A DNA stretch of 64,000 bases, from IMG/VR virus record IMGVR_UViG_3300010998_000001, positions 91,477 to 155,476 of that record; one strand, written 5' to 3'. The translations under genes and the position numbers were made by a program. Shown here in pieces: positions 1 through 10,449 of the stretch; the first letter of the stretch is position 1; each line of letters begins with the position of its first letter. The notes below the pieces were generated by a model. The model ran no database searches. It was given only the letters and a program-made list of their open reading frames with translations, and was not told the origin of the DNA. This DNA comes from a virus (Duplodnaviria > Heunggongvirae > Uroviricota > Caudoviricetes).

Positions 1-633
1 CAACAAGCGATCCTCTTCCGATCCACTACGGCCCTCAAGGAAGTAATCTACATTGAATGCAAGAACGGGGCTGCTATTCTGTTTACCAACAATACGCGTA
101 TAATCAGCAGGGAGAGAGAAGATTGCCGCATTGACACCCATCTCATTAATTTCTGTAATTGCATCAACATCTATATCGGTCAACATTTTGCGGCCATAGG
201 AAAGCTTTTCAGCCGTTTCAAAATAATAATAAGCCGCACCCTCCAGCATAGCTTTCATTAAAGCATCTCGTACAAACTCTTTATCGCGAACCACACGAAG
301 AGTAGATAACATCAAGTCTTTATTACGCGCCCGTTTCTTGTTATTCTTCCCATGAGGAACAACAACCTTGCTAAGTGTTGGCAATGAACACATATAATCA
401 ACTGTATTCGTGTAAGCACCATTTGTTCCATAGAGCATAATTGATAAATGTCTCAGAACATCGTTATAAGTCATCGGGTCTTTAATAATGTTCGCTAATT
501 GCTCTTGAGTAAAATATTCTAAAATATTTAAACCAAAATAATATACTGAGTTTATAGATGACGCTGAATATGAATTAAATTCATAAGAAGGTTGAACGTC
601 ATCTTGTTCAACAATCTTAACATTATTACTCAT
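1..633 (-). CDS. Hypothetical protein, partial: the N-terminal ~211 codons of a gene that runs off the window start
   Basis: The ATG is the reverse complement of cat at 631-633. A GGAGG RBS (reverse complement of cctcc at 647-652) lies 13 nt upstream. The frame stays open down to position 1. Confidence 0.4.
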   Translation of the reverse strand, partial: MSNNVKIVEQDDVQPSYEFNSYSASSINSVYYFGLNILEYFTQEQLANIIKDPMTYNDVLRHLSIMLYGTNGAYTNTVDYMCSLPTLSKVVVPHGKNNKKRARNKDLMLSTLRVVRDKEFVRDALMKAMLEGAAYYYFETAEKLSYGRKMLTDIDVDAITEINEMGVNAAIFSLPADYTRIVGKQNSSPVLAFNVDYFLEGRSGSEEDRLL

Positions 634-653
634 ATAATCTGTTCAACCTCCTT

Positions 654-1208
654 TCAATTCACAAATACGGCAAACTCATAATCTGCTTGTTGTGAATATA
701 AATCTTGTTCTAACAAGGACGCAAAATACGAGCCATAACTACAACTGGTATAACGGTCTTTTGTATTGTTACCTTGTTCCCGCACAATAATTGCGCCCGT
801 TTGCTCTTTCTTTTCATATACCAATTCAACACATTCGCTAATCAATGCTTGGGTTTCAAGGAATGGTGATTCATAAAATAACTGAATATCCGCATCTGGC
901 GCAGCATTATATTCTTTATTCAATGATAAAATCTCTTCCTGCGCCGTATCAAATGATACCAACAGATCAATTTGTTTTTGTTCAAGTATTCTACGAAAAT
1001 CCAAAGCTATATCGCCATTTAGCTTCTGCGTTGCATTTATTGCATAAATACAAGGTATTGCGCCTTCGCTTCTTATGCGAGCTGCTATTGTATCATCATT
1101 CATACAAAGTAGCGGTGGATATTCCATACGGCGCTCTTCATCAAACATGACTTTTGCCAATTTATCATATATAGCAATCAATTTGTTATCGTGGAAGTTT
1201 TTTATCAT
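654..1208 (-). CDS. Hypothetical protein (184 aa)
   Basis: ORF track; placed in the dense minus-strand block. Confidence 0.45.
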   Translation of the reverse strand: MIKNFHDNKLIAIYDKLAKVMFDEERRMEYPPLLCMNDDTIAARIRSEGAIPCIYAINATQKLNGDIALDFRRILEQKQIDLLVSFDTAQEEILSLNKEYNAAPDADIQLFYESPFLETQALISECVELVYEKKEQTGAIIVREQGNNTKDRYTSCSYGSYFASLLEQDLYSQQADYEFAVFVN

Positions 1209-1237
1209 CCACTTCTAACAGTTCATTTCCTGTTAGT

Positions 1238-2104
1238 TCAGCATACCTTTTCACCTTTATTTAAAAGGAACTCGTTTAATTGAATATCATTATTAAATGA
1301 TTTTCCATATAATGAATGAAATTTATAATGACATTGATTACATAAAGTGATTCCATTAGAAATTTCATATCTTAATTCAGGATAATCTTTCCAATTATAA
1401 ACATGATGTGAATTTAAAATCACTGAATTGTTATTGCTACTCCGATTACCACAACATCTACAAGTATAATTATCACGATGAAACACTTTGTTTCTCCAAT
1501 TTTGATAATCATGTGTTGCACGTTCATTTCTTTCTACGGCAACTCCGCCCTTCCAAACTGGGCTTTCCTCACCGCTAAAATGCTGCGTACAAATATAATA
1601 ATCCACTCCGTAACGTTCCTTGCAAGTATCGCTAACCTTTTGCAGAATATCTTTGTTTTGTAAAGGCTTGGCAACACCATATCTTTCAATATTCGTCTTA
1701 CGAATACGATCCTGAATAGGTTGTGATCCGAATGGATTTGTAGCGCCATATTTTTCCAAATTAGTTTCAGCAATTCTTTCTTTCACTTCATCTAATTGAA
1801 AAACAGAATTAACACCATATTTATCTTGGGCTGTTTCAACAATCTTATATTTTTTGCATCCACGGCAACAATCTTTATGAATAGTTGATTTTTTGTTTTC
1901 AAGCAAATAGTTATACCATGGCTTTTCATATTCCAAGCCACAATAATCACATTTCACTTTCACTGGCATCATACTACCATCAGATAAATCAGAAACATTA
2001 ATCTTAAATTCACCATTCATTTTTGTAAATTCATATCCTAAATCTACAAAACGTTTTTTATTTTTTGAGTTCCATTTCATTATTACTGTTTTGCTAATAA
2101 GCAT
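1238..2104 (-). CDS. HNH homing-endonuclease-like protein with tandem [EK][RK]YG(V/A)xxP repeats
   Basis: The C-terminus carries an HNH motif (NSHHVYNWKDYPELRYEISNGITLCNQCHYKFH). The middle has four repeats built on KYGVNSVF, EKYGATNPF, ERYGVAKPL and ERYGVDYY. Confidence 0.6.
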   Translation of the reverse strand: MLISKTVIMKWNSKNKKRFVDLGYEFTKMNGEFKINVSDLSDGSMMPVKVKCDYCGLEYEKPWYNYLLENKKSTIHKDCCRGCKKYKIVETAQDKYGVNSVFQLDEVKERIAETNLEKYGATNPFGSQPIQDRIRKTNIERYGVAKPLQNKDILQKVSDTCKERYGVDYYICTQHFSGEESPVWKGGVAVERNERATHDYQNWRNKVFHRDNYTCRCCGNRSSNNNSVILNSHHVYNWKDYPELRYEISNGITLCNQCHYKFHSLYGKSFNNDIQLNEFLLNKGEKVC

Positions 2105-2314
2105 TTATATCAACCTCCCATATTATATAGACAGATACATCTATCTGTCTCTAAAAATGAGAAAGTGATATATCTAATTAGTAAAGGTGGCGCGGCCTCG
2201 TGGGAAAGTTATTTCATTTCCTATGCGTTGCCTGTGACTATCTCTAGCCTTCCAGTCGGGTTGGCATCTCAGCGTTCCCGTATTTTCCGCGCTTTTTCAA
2301 AATGTATTTCTACA

Positions 2315-3682
2315 TTAAGCGGCATCACTACCGGCATTTCTTGTATCAAGCACAATATAATCGGCTTCAAAATCATTAAATAATTGTCTAATTCGTATTG
2401 CCTGTCTATCAACATCACCGCCTTGTACGCTTTCAATATATGGCACAATACGACGATAGCCATTGTTTAATTGCACTTCTTCTGAATCATCTTTAACATA
2501 AGTTGTAGATTCTGGTAACAATCTCATACAAGAAAATACGGAATTATCATTCCCTTTTCTTGTAACAAAAGCCATATCACAAGACACAACACGAATTTCA
2601 CCTTTTTGTTTAGCTATCGCATATGGATTCTTTTTATTATTCAACACATCTAATGTGCGCCTTGGGTAAAAAGGTTGTTTACACAATTGGTTTTGTTGTA
2701 ACATTGTATATGTAAAAAAAGCCGCCTGATTCTCTTTCAGGCGGGAATTAAGAAACTCTAATTGCCAGGTAATTGGGTCTTGCTTCCGTTTTTCGGCAAT
2801 AAGCTGTTTCATAGATTTAATATTATGTTTTAATACAACAGATTCATCAAACGCAAGCAAACAAGATGATTTGCCCTCCAACATTGAATTATAAGCATTG
2901 TCAACAATCGACCACATCCAATGCCCGTTGTCATACCAAGAAGAGCTAATATATATATCAACTGGTTCTTCCTTCAGCTCCGGCATATCCTTGTAAGGAG
3001 CTTGAAGCATATACGGAGCCTGTCTTAATATCTGACAAGGAGAAAGAACACTATCGTCAATATACTTATCTATCTGTCTAAACTCTTCGCGCACAATGCA
3101 ATTACTGCGATTACCACGGGCGTTGTCATTGGCAACTACCACAGTAATCTTACTTTGATTGCGAAAAGTCACGACCGTCTTGTTTTGGCTCTCTTTAATA
3201 TGCAATACCTCACGAACCAGCATTGGCGACCACACCATCAACTCACCTTTAATCTTGTCAGATACAATTAACTCCGATTGGCCTTTGGTGGCCGAACTGA
3301 GCAAAATCTTAGTATTAGGGTATAAGATACATCTACTACAAGCATATAAAGCAATAAGAAATGACTTCGACGCTGCACGACTAGCAACAATAACAATCAT
3401 GTTATTAACGCCCATCTCATACAAAGTCAAAGCCTGATACTCATATAAAGGAATATTTAAAAAATCTGTGGCGAATCTGTTTAAGTTACGCCGAAAAAAA
3501 GTATTCCAACGATAAAAGTGATCTAAATTATTTTTGTTACTTAGAAAATGTGTAGTAGGGAACTTCTTATATAATTGCTTTTGTAAATCATCGGCAATCA
3601 CATTGACATCGTAATTAGTCATCGTCATCACCGCTCTCATGAACAAAGAACTCATAATCTCTGTCATTTGTACCCATTTCAA
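2315..3682 (-). CDS. terL: Terminase large subunit (TerL)
   Basis: Walker-A-like IVIVASRAASKS, Walker-B-like LLAFDESVV, and C-terminal nuclease-like acidic motifs (VVSCDMAF, IVLDTRNAG). The 455-aa size fits TerL. Confidence 0.65.
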   Translation of the reverse strand: MKWVQMTEIMSSLFMRAVMTMTNYDVNVIADDLQKQLYKKFPTTHFLSNKNNLDHFYRWNTFFRRNLNRFATDFLNIPLYEYQALTLYEMGVNNMIVIVASRAASKSFLIALYACSRCILYPNTKILLSSATKGQSELIVSDKIKGELMVWSPMLVREVLHIKESQNKTVVTFRNQSKITVVVANDNARGNRSNCIVREEFRQIDKYIDDSVLSPCQILRQAPYMLQAPYKDMPELKEEPVDIYISSSWYDNGHWMWSIVDNAYNSMLEGKSSCLLAFDESVVLKHNIKSMKQLIAEKRKQDPITWQLEFLNSRLKENQAAFFTYTMLQQNQLCKQPFYPRRTLDVLNNKKNPYAIAKQKGEIRVVSCDMAFVTRKGNDNSVFSCMRLLPESTTYVKDDSEEVQLNNGYRRIVPYIESVQGGDVDRQAIRIRQLFNDFEADYIVLDTRNAGSDAA

Positions 3683-4559
3683 GATTAGACAATGGTCTTA
3701 TTGCATGGCGATCATAGTATTCGCCTATGCCATCCATATCTTTATACAAAGTCTTATCTCTGTAATATTCTTCGGGTGTATATTGAGAAACCAAAGAAGT
3801 CCATGCACTCCAACAATCATCGGCGCTTGTCGATGCTTCTTGCACTGTCTTTAATCCGGCCTGTTGGAATGATTTTATATATGACTCAGTAAGTTTCTTA
3901 TAATCATCAACACGATTTTCGCGGACAGCTTTCATCTGTTGCATTTTTGTATAACAAAGGTCTAAAACAAAAATCTCCTGGTTGCTATCGCAATTTGGAT
4001 TTGCTTCCTTTAAATACTTATAATGTTGATTGAGTAAATCATAATCTTCTGGTTCATAACCATATCCCCATCGTTGAATGTTTGCCTTACTGATCTTTGG
4101 CTCATCTGAATCGTTAGGTTTGTTTTCTTCGCTTGGCTGTTCTTCCTGTTTTGACTTTTTGGGAGCCTTCTTTTCCTTGGCGGGAACATCACCAAAAACA
4201 AATCCCTCGGCCAAAGTATTATCAAATGTTTTATTTTGAAATTGAACCATATTCAATTTCTTTAGATAACTCCCCAATATAGCTTCCGTTCCATTATCAC
4301 TTTTCAAAAATAATGAATCACTATAATATAAATCAAACATCATACATATTTTTTGAATTGCTTTTTTGGCATCGCGGTATTGCATTTCGTAGTGCTTATA
4401 TATCTCTTCCAAACAATCTTTGCACACAGGAAGTCTACCAGTGCTGCTGTATATATAACTATTTGACTTTGAAAAATTTTCTAGCGATATGAAAGATTTG
4501 CGACACATATTGCACACATATCTTTCACTAGTTGTATATCCTTCTGGCAATACTGCCAC
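3615..4559 (-). CDS. Hypothetical Zn-finger protein lying upstream of terL (possible small terminase or DNA-binding subunit)
   Basis: N-terminal CNMC...CKDC pair, acidic C-terminus, and position immediately 5' of terL. The assignment rests mainly on position. Confidence 0.3.
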   Translation of the reverse strand: MAVLPEGYTTSERYVCNMCRKSFISLENFSKSNSYIYSSTGRLPVCKDCLEEIYKHYEMQYRDAKKAIQKICMMFDLYYSDSLFLKSDNGTEAILGSYLKKLNMVQFQNKTFDNTLAEGFVFGDVPAKEKKAPKKSKQEEQPSEENKPNDSDEPKISKANIQRWGYGYEPEDYDLLNQHYKYLKEANPNCDSNQEIFVLDLCYTKMQQMKAVRENRVDDYKKLTESYIKSFQQAGLKTVQEASTSADDCWSAWTSLVSQYTPEEYYRDKTLYKDMDGIGEYYDRHAIRPLSNLEMGTNDRDYEFFVHESGDDDD

Positions 4560-4600
4560 CCTCTTTCTCGACTAATATAAAAATTACAACTAACATTAAA

Positions 4601-4677
4601 TGGTTGCGGGAACGGGACTCGAACCCGTGACCTTCAGCTTATGAGGCTGACGAGCTACCAACTGCTACCACCCCGCA
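4601..4677 (-). tRNA. tRNA-Met (anticodon CAT), with an acceptor/T-arm very similar to bacterial initiator tRNA
   Basis: Minus-sense TGCGGGGTGG...TCAGC-CTCATAA-GCTGA...GGTTCGAGTCC...CCCGCAACCA. CCA is encoded. The 1:72 pair is U:A. Confidence 0.8.
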
Positions 4678-4736
4678 TTATACAAATACCCCCTCTTCAC
4701 AAAGAAGAGGGGGATTAATATTTATTATCAAAGACT

Positions 4737-5210
4737 TCAACTATCAATTAAAGTTTCCAGTAATTCTCCTAATGTAACTGTAAACTCATAAATAGAATCA
4801 GATTGGCAATCAGCGCATTCACATTCGCAATCTTCATCAACTAAAATTTCATAACAATTTTCTACGGAAGTATCAGCCATTGCATTAGCATGAACATCTC
4901 CACCTAGCAACAGCACGTCCGCATCAGTATTCAAATAATTATCATTAACGTATGCTGGCTCTACAGATAATGTTTTATATTCGTCAAGCGAAACATAGTA
5001 TTCTCGATCATAGCCATTGTAAAAGGATGGCTCAATATCGAGTGCTGAAATTTCAACATCATCGAAAGATAATAACTCTCTTAATAATTGAATTGCATCT
5101 TCATAATATAATACGGCAACAATATATATATCATCTGTAGCTTCATCATACATATACTCAGCCATATCTATATAATCATCAAAATATAGTCTGTCCATTT
5201 TGTTCCTCAT
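4737..5210 (-). CDS. Acidic hypothetical protein (157 aa)
   Basis: ORF track; D/E-rich. Confidence 0.45.
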   Translation of the reverse strand: MRNKMDRLYFDDYIDMAEYMYDEATDDIYIVAVLYYEDAIQLLRELLSFDDVEISALDIEPSFYNGYDREYYVSLDEYKTLSVEPAYVNDNYLNTDADVLLLGGDVHANAMADTSVENCYEILVDEDCECECADCQSDSIYEFTVTLGELLETLIDS

Positions 5211-5485
5211 TTCATATTTATCTCATCTTTGATTGTTTTACTCATCTTGCATTTAATTGTCTTGCTCGCCGGATACTCTTCAACCATGCCAGTAAGCGGA
5301 TTTCTACGCTTGCCGCCAGCGCGTTCGGTTGTTTCAAAACTCATAAAGCCACTTATCAATACTTTATCTCCGGCCACCAAACAATCTTTAATTTCTTCTG
5401 CCAATGCAGTTATAACTTTATCACAAGATTGTCGTGAGATGCTTGTTTTTGCACTAATATTCTTGATTAACTCACGTCTTGTCAT
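5207..5485 (-). CDS. hup: HU/IHF-family histone-like DNA-binding protein
   Basis: Family signature GFMSFETTERAGGKRRNPLTGM (GF.F...R.GRNP.TG arm), ~90 aa. Confidence 0.85.
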   Translation of the reverse strand: MTRRELIKNISAKTSISRQSCDKVITALAEEIKDCLVAGDKVLISGFMSFETTERAGGKRRNPLTGMVEEYPASKTIKCKMSKTIKDEINMK

Positions 5486-5506
5486 CTTTATTCCTCTTTC
5501 AACTAA

Positions 5507-6712
5507 TTATTCTAAATCTATTGGATAACAAGTTTTGACACCAGAATGATCTAATACGCATATCATCTGTGATGCTTTGCCACTTAAACGCTTAGAGATC
5601 GTATAATCATCTACTGTTCCGCAGAAACTACCACTCCGAATAATCTTAACCCCCGATATATCATCATAGGAGCATCTATGTAAATGTCCATAGAAAATTG
5701 CTGTTGGTTTATATCCAAGCATCATCACAAGTTTAGAAACTCCTTGCTCGCTATAGACATCCATATCGCCATGGACTAAAAGATACTCGTGACCTCTGAT
5801 CGACCAATTGGAAATAGTAGAATCAATATTATCCTCACAAAAGATAATATTATCAATATGTGATAGCTTTGCTTTCATATACCAAGGAATAAGTGTATCT
5901 AAACGTTCTCCGCGTAATACCTCATCCTTTTTCATAGAAGTTCGTGAATGATTACCTGAAACGCTGTTCACATACACATTGGTAAAAATTTTGCTTAACT
6001 CATATACAAAAGCAGAAATCAGCTCCGCAGACTTTTGTACTTGTTCCACTGTATGCTCACGCTCTTGTAAACGAACAGTTGGATGAATACCACCAGAAAT
6101 CACATCACCAAGAATACCTACATACGCATTCTCTGATCCATGTCTTTCTTGTATAATAGCTATCTCTTGTAGATACTGAGATAGACGCTCTGCCGCTATA
6201 TCAGAGTTGTATGAGCCAAAATAGCTATCGCTAGTGAGTCCAAGGTGAAAATCAGACAATGAAATAAATAAATCGTTATCCGAATGAATGACTGGCTTAT
6301 ACACGCTTGGTAGTGTTATTGTGCCATTTGATTCGATTAATGACGCAAGATAAGCTAAATCTTCTTCTAGTCTGGCGCTATCACGCAGTTTCTTATTTAG
6401 AGCCACACGCTCATCAAATAGCTTTTGTTTCTCTTTGCGTATCTCCTGTTTTGTCTCTTGTAGCTCACTAATATAGTCTTGAGAATTTATATCCGTAGTA
6501 AATACACCAGCCGTATAATATTTCGCCGCCTGTTGATAAGGCTTTCTATATGCGGCCTCCGTTCTATACTCAGATTCATCAGAACGAAATTCTTTATTAA
6601 TAATCGAAGCTAGTTCATCCCATGACAAATCAAGTGTGCCATTATCTTTGGCTTGACCCAAACGCCATATAAACTGCTCTTCATTCTCATCTTTATTTCT
6701 TCTTATGTCCAA
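5507..6712 (-). CDS. Calcineurin-like metallophosphoesterase (Mre11/SbcD-like nuclease or phosphatase) with an N-terminal coiled-coil
   Basis: Metallophosphatase motifs GDVISGGIH, GNHS, LLVHGDMD and FYGHLH. Confidence 0.65.
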   Translation of the reverse strand: MDIRRNKDENEEQFIWRLGQAKDNGTLDLSWDELASIINKEFRSDESEYRTEAAYRKPYQQAAKYYTAGVFTTDINSQDYISELQETKQEIRKEKQKLFDERVALNKKLRDSARLEEDLAYLASLIESNGTITLPSVYKPVIHSDNDLFISLSDFHLGLTSDSYFGSYNSDIAAERLSQYLQEIAIIQERHGSENAYVGILGDVISGGIHPTVRLQEREHTVEQVQKSAELISAFVYELSKIFTNVYVNSVSGNHSRTSMKKDEVLRGERLDTLIPWYMKAKLSHIDNIIFCEDNIDSTISNWSIRGHEYLLVHGDMDVYSEQGVSKLVMMLGYKPTAIFYGHLHRCSYDDISGVKIIRSGSFCGTVDDYTISKRLSGKASQMICVLDHSGVKTCYPIDLE

Positions 6713-6730
6713 ACCTTTTCCTCCATATGA

Positions 6731-7342
6731 TTAAAGGATCGAGTTAATATCACAATCCTCACCAATTATGTAATCAACATATCCAAATTCTTGGGCCTCT
6801 TTAGGAAGCATATACCATTCAACTCTCTCATGTTCTTTATATGTACTGGCAAGAATATTGCTGTGATTTAGCACAAATTCCTTTATCATTTCGCTAATAT
6901 CATTGTTTAAAAACATCATTCTGTCTTTCATCTTTGACAGATGATCCAAGTCACCAACAATGGCCTCATGGATAAGGAACTCACTTCTTGGCATAGCAAA
7001 ACGTTTATCCCCCGCCATGAAAATATAACACGCTGCGGACGCGGCCAATCCCAAATTGACCGTATATACAGGAGTTATACTGGTAGTAATCGCATCAACC
7101 AGGGCAAACCCATCACTCAAATTGCCGCCAGGAGAATTAATATAAAGAATAATAGGTGTTCTTTTATCCACTGGTTTTCCTTGATCCACTCTGTTATATC
7201 GCAAAATGTGATAAATCACATTATTTACAACGTTTTCATTTACTTCATCGTTAAGATACAGATGACGCACTGCTACATCTTCCATAACAAAAGCATCTTC
7301 ATAACTATAATTAAATGCTTCTGCAAATCCGTTCTTTTTCAT
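6731..7342 (-). CDS. ClpP-family serine protease (likely prohead/maturation protease)
   Basis: INSPGGNLSDGFALVDAI (ClpP signature), catalytic Ser in GLAASAAC, and His in FLIHEA. Confidence 0.75.
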   Translation of the reverse strand: MKKNGFAEAFNYSYEDAFVMEDVAVRHLYLNDEVNENVVNNVIYHILRYNRVDQGKPVDKRTPIILYINSPGGNLSDGFALVDAITTSITPVYTVNLGLAASAACYIFMAGDKRFAMPRSEFLIHEAIVGDLDHLSKMKDRMMFLNNDISEMIKEFVLNHSNILASTYKEHERVEWYMLPKEAQEFGYVDYIIGEDCDINSIL

Positions 7343-7350
7343 ATATCCTC

Positions 7351-8793
7351 CTATAGATGAACAACCATCCCGCGAAATGCCATAACTACACGATAAGTCT
7401 TGTTATTATTAGATATGGCTTCTTTCAATCTCTTAGCAAGGGCAGACTTACTCTCGGCTGTTCCGTGAACAAGAACAAGTTTATTAGTATTCAACGAGCT
7501 TCCGAACTTAATCAAATCTGTGCTATTTGCATGACTACTAAATGTAGTCAAAGAAATACAGTCTGCTTTGTTGGGGATTTTCAGTTTGTTAATACTAATA
7601 AATTTGTGATCTCGATAATTCTTTACTCGATATGACAAATATGATGGGTTATCCCCCGTATAACCAGAAAAGACAATAATGCTATTCGGATCGGCAATAT
7701 ACTTCTTGAGATACTTTACAATCCTGCCGTTAGTGCAAAAACCAGATGAGGATATAATAATCTTTGGTGAATTATCCGCCAGCCACAAATCAGATTCATC
7801 TTTTTCTGAAACAAACTTCACATTCTTCCAGTTATATACCTTTTGCCAATCGTCTAAATCGGCATCATCAAGCAATGAATTATATGCCTTACTTACATCA
7901 CAACTTAGTTTTGAATCCACTAATACAGTCTTATTAAAAAATGAATCTGTTCCAAACAAATCATATAATGATGTAAGAACTTCTTGTGTGCGGCTAAAAC
8001 TGAAACATGGAAACACTACCGATCCACCACGATCTATTGCTGTTTCCACCGTTGACTTTAAATGATCTAAGTCAGCTTTCCGCGTTTTGCGAGAATCGCG
8101 TTTTTCATCTCCGTATGTTGACTCCATTAATACACAATCAACAAACTGAGTCGGTATCTGTGTATCAGGTAAAAAGTGATTATCAGTGTGCAATGCACCT
8201 AAATCTGACGTGTAAAGAATTTTTTTAGTTTTCTCTTTTGTGGATAGGATTAGGTAAAGTTGCGCAGCTCCAAGACAATGAGAGTTTGACAACCATTGAA
8301 AACTAACCGTATCGTTCAATTTAATAGTTTGGTTATAATCATCATATTCATATATTAAATCAAATGTATTATATACATCTGTGATTTCATATATTGGTTT
8401 ATAATTCCTGCCAAACTGCTTTGAGAGAATCTTGCTTTCATCATTTAGTATATGACAAGAATTGATTAAAAGTAATTTCATAATCTCTGCGGTCTTATGA
8501 GTTGCAATAATCCGTCCATGGAATCCCTCATGAACCAATCTTGGAAGAAGGCCGCAATGATCTATGTGTGGGTGTGCCACAAATACAAAATCAATTTCCG
8601 ATGGCTTGAACTTGAATTTTTCAGAATTAATCTTATAAGAATCTAAATAACTATTGCTGGAAGATTGATGCAATCCACATTCTAATAAACACTGGCATGG
8701 GCCAAATCGAATGTAATACTGTGAACCAGTGACATCATCAGATGCTTTTCCAGTAAAGAAAATGCCATCCGTTTTTAGTTTCTTTTTACTCAT
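7351..8793 (-). CDS. Metallo-beta-lactamase-fold / beta-CASP-type nuclease (RNase J / CPSF-like)
   Basis: HxHxDH motif FVAHPHIDHCG near the N-terminus; 480 aa. Confidence 0.6.
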   Translation of the reverse strand: MSKKKLKTDGIFFTGKASDDVTGSQYYIRFGPCQCLLECGLHQSSSNSYLDSYKINSEKFKFKPSEIDFVFVAHPHIDHCGLLPRLVHEGFHGRIIATHKTAEIMKLLLINSCHILNDESKILSKQFGRNYKPIYEITDVYNTFDLIYEYDDYNQTIKLNDTVSFQWLSNSHCLGAAQLYLILSTKEKTKKILYTSDLGALHTDNHFLPDTQIPTQFVDCVLMESTYGDEKRDSRKTRKADLDHLKSTVETAIDRGGSVVFPCFSFSRTQEVLTSLYDLFGTDSFFNKTVLVDSKLSCDVSKAYNSLLDDADLDDWQKVYNWKNVKFVSEKDESDLWLADNSPKIIISSSGFCTNGRIVKYLKKYIADPNSIIVFSGYTGDNPSYLSYRVKNYRDHKFISINKLKIPNKADCISLTTFSSHANSTDLIKFGSSLNTNKLVLVHGTAESKSALAKRLKEAISNNNKTYRVVMAFRGMVVHL

Positions 8794-8805
8794 GGCAAAG
8801 CCTCC

Positions 8806-8988
8806 TTACAGAAGTTTCTTCGCCATATCAACATACTTATCTTCGATATACCGTTTTGTTCTAGTCCGATAGTATCCGATTACAAAGCCGCTTTTATTAA
8901 TAAAGCCTTTTCTAGTATTTCGTATAATCCCATTCTTTACTAGAACATTCATTTCATTTTTGGTAATCGTTTTTATGGTAAACACCAT
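8806..8988 (-). CDS. Small hypothetical protein (60 aa)
   Basis: ORF track only. Confidence 0.3.
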   Translation of the reverse strand: MVFTIKTITKNEMNVLVKNGIIRNTRKGFINKSGFVIGYYRTRTKRYIEDKYVDMAKKLL

Positions 8989-9035
8989 CCTTTATTTAAT
9001 AATAAAACCAGTAGCCTTAATAGACTACTGGTGCT

Positions 9036-9112
9036 ATGGCTCTCCGTGTAGGTCACGATCCTACGACATCCAGATTAACAGTCTGGCGCTCTACCAACTG
9101 AGCTAACGGAGA
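9036..9112 (-). tRNA. tRNA-Asn (GTT)
   Basis: Clean cloverleaf on the minus strand. The anticodon loop is CTGTTAA between CCAGA/TCTGG. CCA is encoded. Confidence 0.85.
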
Positions 9113-9118
9113 TTATAT

Positions 9119-9195
9119 TGGTGGAAGTAAGCGGAATCGAACCGCTGCTCTTCTGCTTGCAAGGCAGCTGCTTTCCCAACTAAGTTATACCCCCA
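9119..9195 (-). tRNA. tRNA-Ala (TGC) with the G3:U70 identity pair
   Basis: Minus-sense GGGGGTATAAC...CTTGCAA...GGTTCGATTCC...TACTTCCACCA. G3 pairs with U70. Confidence 0.8.
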
Positions 9196-9289
9196 TATAA
9201 AGCGGCAACTCGGCAGGATTTAACATTCTCCCTACAGTTTTAGATACAAAGACTTCGCCTCGCTTACCAGGCATTAACGCCACCGCTTA

Positions 9290-9366
9290 TGGTAGTCAGA
9301 GAGGGGATCGAACCCACGATCTCACGATTATCAGTCGTGCGCTTTAGCCTACTAAGCTATCCAACT
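9290..9366 (-). tRNA. tRNA-Ile (GAT)
   Basis: Acceptor AGTTGGA/TCTGACT; anticodon stem-loop CACGA-CTGATAA-TCGTG; T-loop TTCGATC; CCA encoded. Confidence 0.75.
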
Positions 9367-9564
9367 ACATATAAACATCTTCATGTTGTACCTCTGGCAC
9401 AGTCGAAACCATGCCAGAGTACCACATCACGAAGAAAAGAGAAAGATAAAGAAATGAGAATGGTATAGTTTACTATATATACCATATAATAAAATTTTTA
9501 ACCACATGCGAAAACGCCCATAAAATGAGAGAAAAATAAAGGTCTTATCTTTTAATTGTGCTGA

Positions 9565-10449
9565 TTACATACTTATACTTTTTGATCTATAGTTTTGAAC
9601 GTTTTCTCTTATTTTATTTCTTCTATATTTATCATAACAATTATTGCATCTATTCGTTTGATTGTTTTTTGCGTCTACATCAAACGTCTTTCCGCAATCC
9701 ACACAAATAATGGTTTTCGTATCCCATGTTTGATACCCGGCACATTCAGAACAATACTTCTTTGTTTTAGCTTTATTGTTCTTTATCAATCTGCCGCAAC
9801 TTGCGCAACGAACATAACCGCCATGAGCATAATTCAAATACTCATAGCCAAGCTCTCTGAAATCACTGATTGAAATTACATATGGGCTATCGTCATTAAC
9901 AAACGTTACTCTATTACTTAGATTGTCATTCTTCTTAGGGAACTCTAACAAACCAAGTAGACCAAGATCGCCAAGCATTTGATACTGCTTTAGCTTGCTT
10001 GCGGAGATATGGGCCATTTTGAAAATGTCCTTTGCATCCTCATTGACCCATCCATTATTCTTTACATTCCTTTTATTGGCTAGCTTTGCAAGACATAGTA
10101 TTGTAAATGCTAATCTTTTTAATTCTGTTCTCCCATTTGACTCTTCTATACTATTGATCGTATCAATCTCTGCCTGAGTGATTAGAATTTCACTAATATC
10201 ATATAATGGGTATTTCCCGGCGCGGCGGGAGATACGTTCAACAGTTTCTTGCCATTTAAGGATATTAGCATGATAACGCTTATAGTTTTCTTTCAAAAAC
10301 TCTAACAAGGCTTTTTCAATTCTTTTAGTACGCATTCCTTGTTCATAATAGTATTTTGCAAGTATCTGTAAAGTGATATATACGTTCTCACCCACATCAC
10401 CCGTGTTTATACAAGTCTCGGCGTATTCTCGTTCATTAAGTATAATCAT
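9565..10449 (-). CDS. Hypothetical protein with a C-terminal multi-Cys zinc ribbon
   Basis: CASCG...CSECAG...CVDCG...CNNC cluster in the C-terminus. Confidence 0.45.
   Translation of the reverse strand: MIILNEREYAETCINTGDVGENVYITLQILAKYYYEQGMRTKRIEKALLEFLKENYKRYHANILKWQETVERISRRAGKYPLYDISEILITQAEIDTINSIEESNGRTELKRLAFTILCLAKLANKRNVKNNGWVNEDAKDIFKMAHISASKLKQYQMLGDLGLLGLLEFPKKNDNLSNRVTFVNDDSPYVISISDFRELGYEYLNYAHGGYVRCASCGRLIKNNKAKTKKYCSECAGYQTWDTKTIICVDCGKTFDVDAKNNQTNRCNNCYDKYRRNKIRENVQNYRSKSISM

Noticed and set aside
9196-9289. A 94-nt gap between tRNA-Ala and tRNA-Ile with acceptor-like complementary ends (AAGCGGT / GCCGCTT), considered as an extra, long tRNA
   Set aside because: No anticodon arm or T-arm (no TTCGA-type loop) can be folded on either strand. 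It is left as an unexplained spacer, possibly a processing element.
9385-9412. An 8-bp hairpin (CTCTGGCA...TGCCAGAG) downstream of the minus-strand tRNA cluster, considered as an intrinsic terminator
   Set aside because: No U-tract follows on either strand. It may be a processing site, so no terminator is called.
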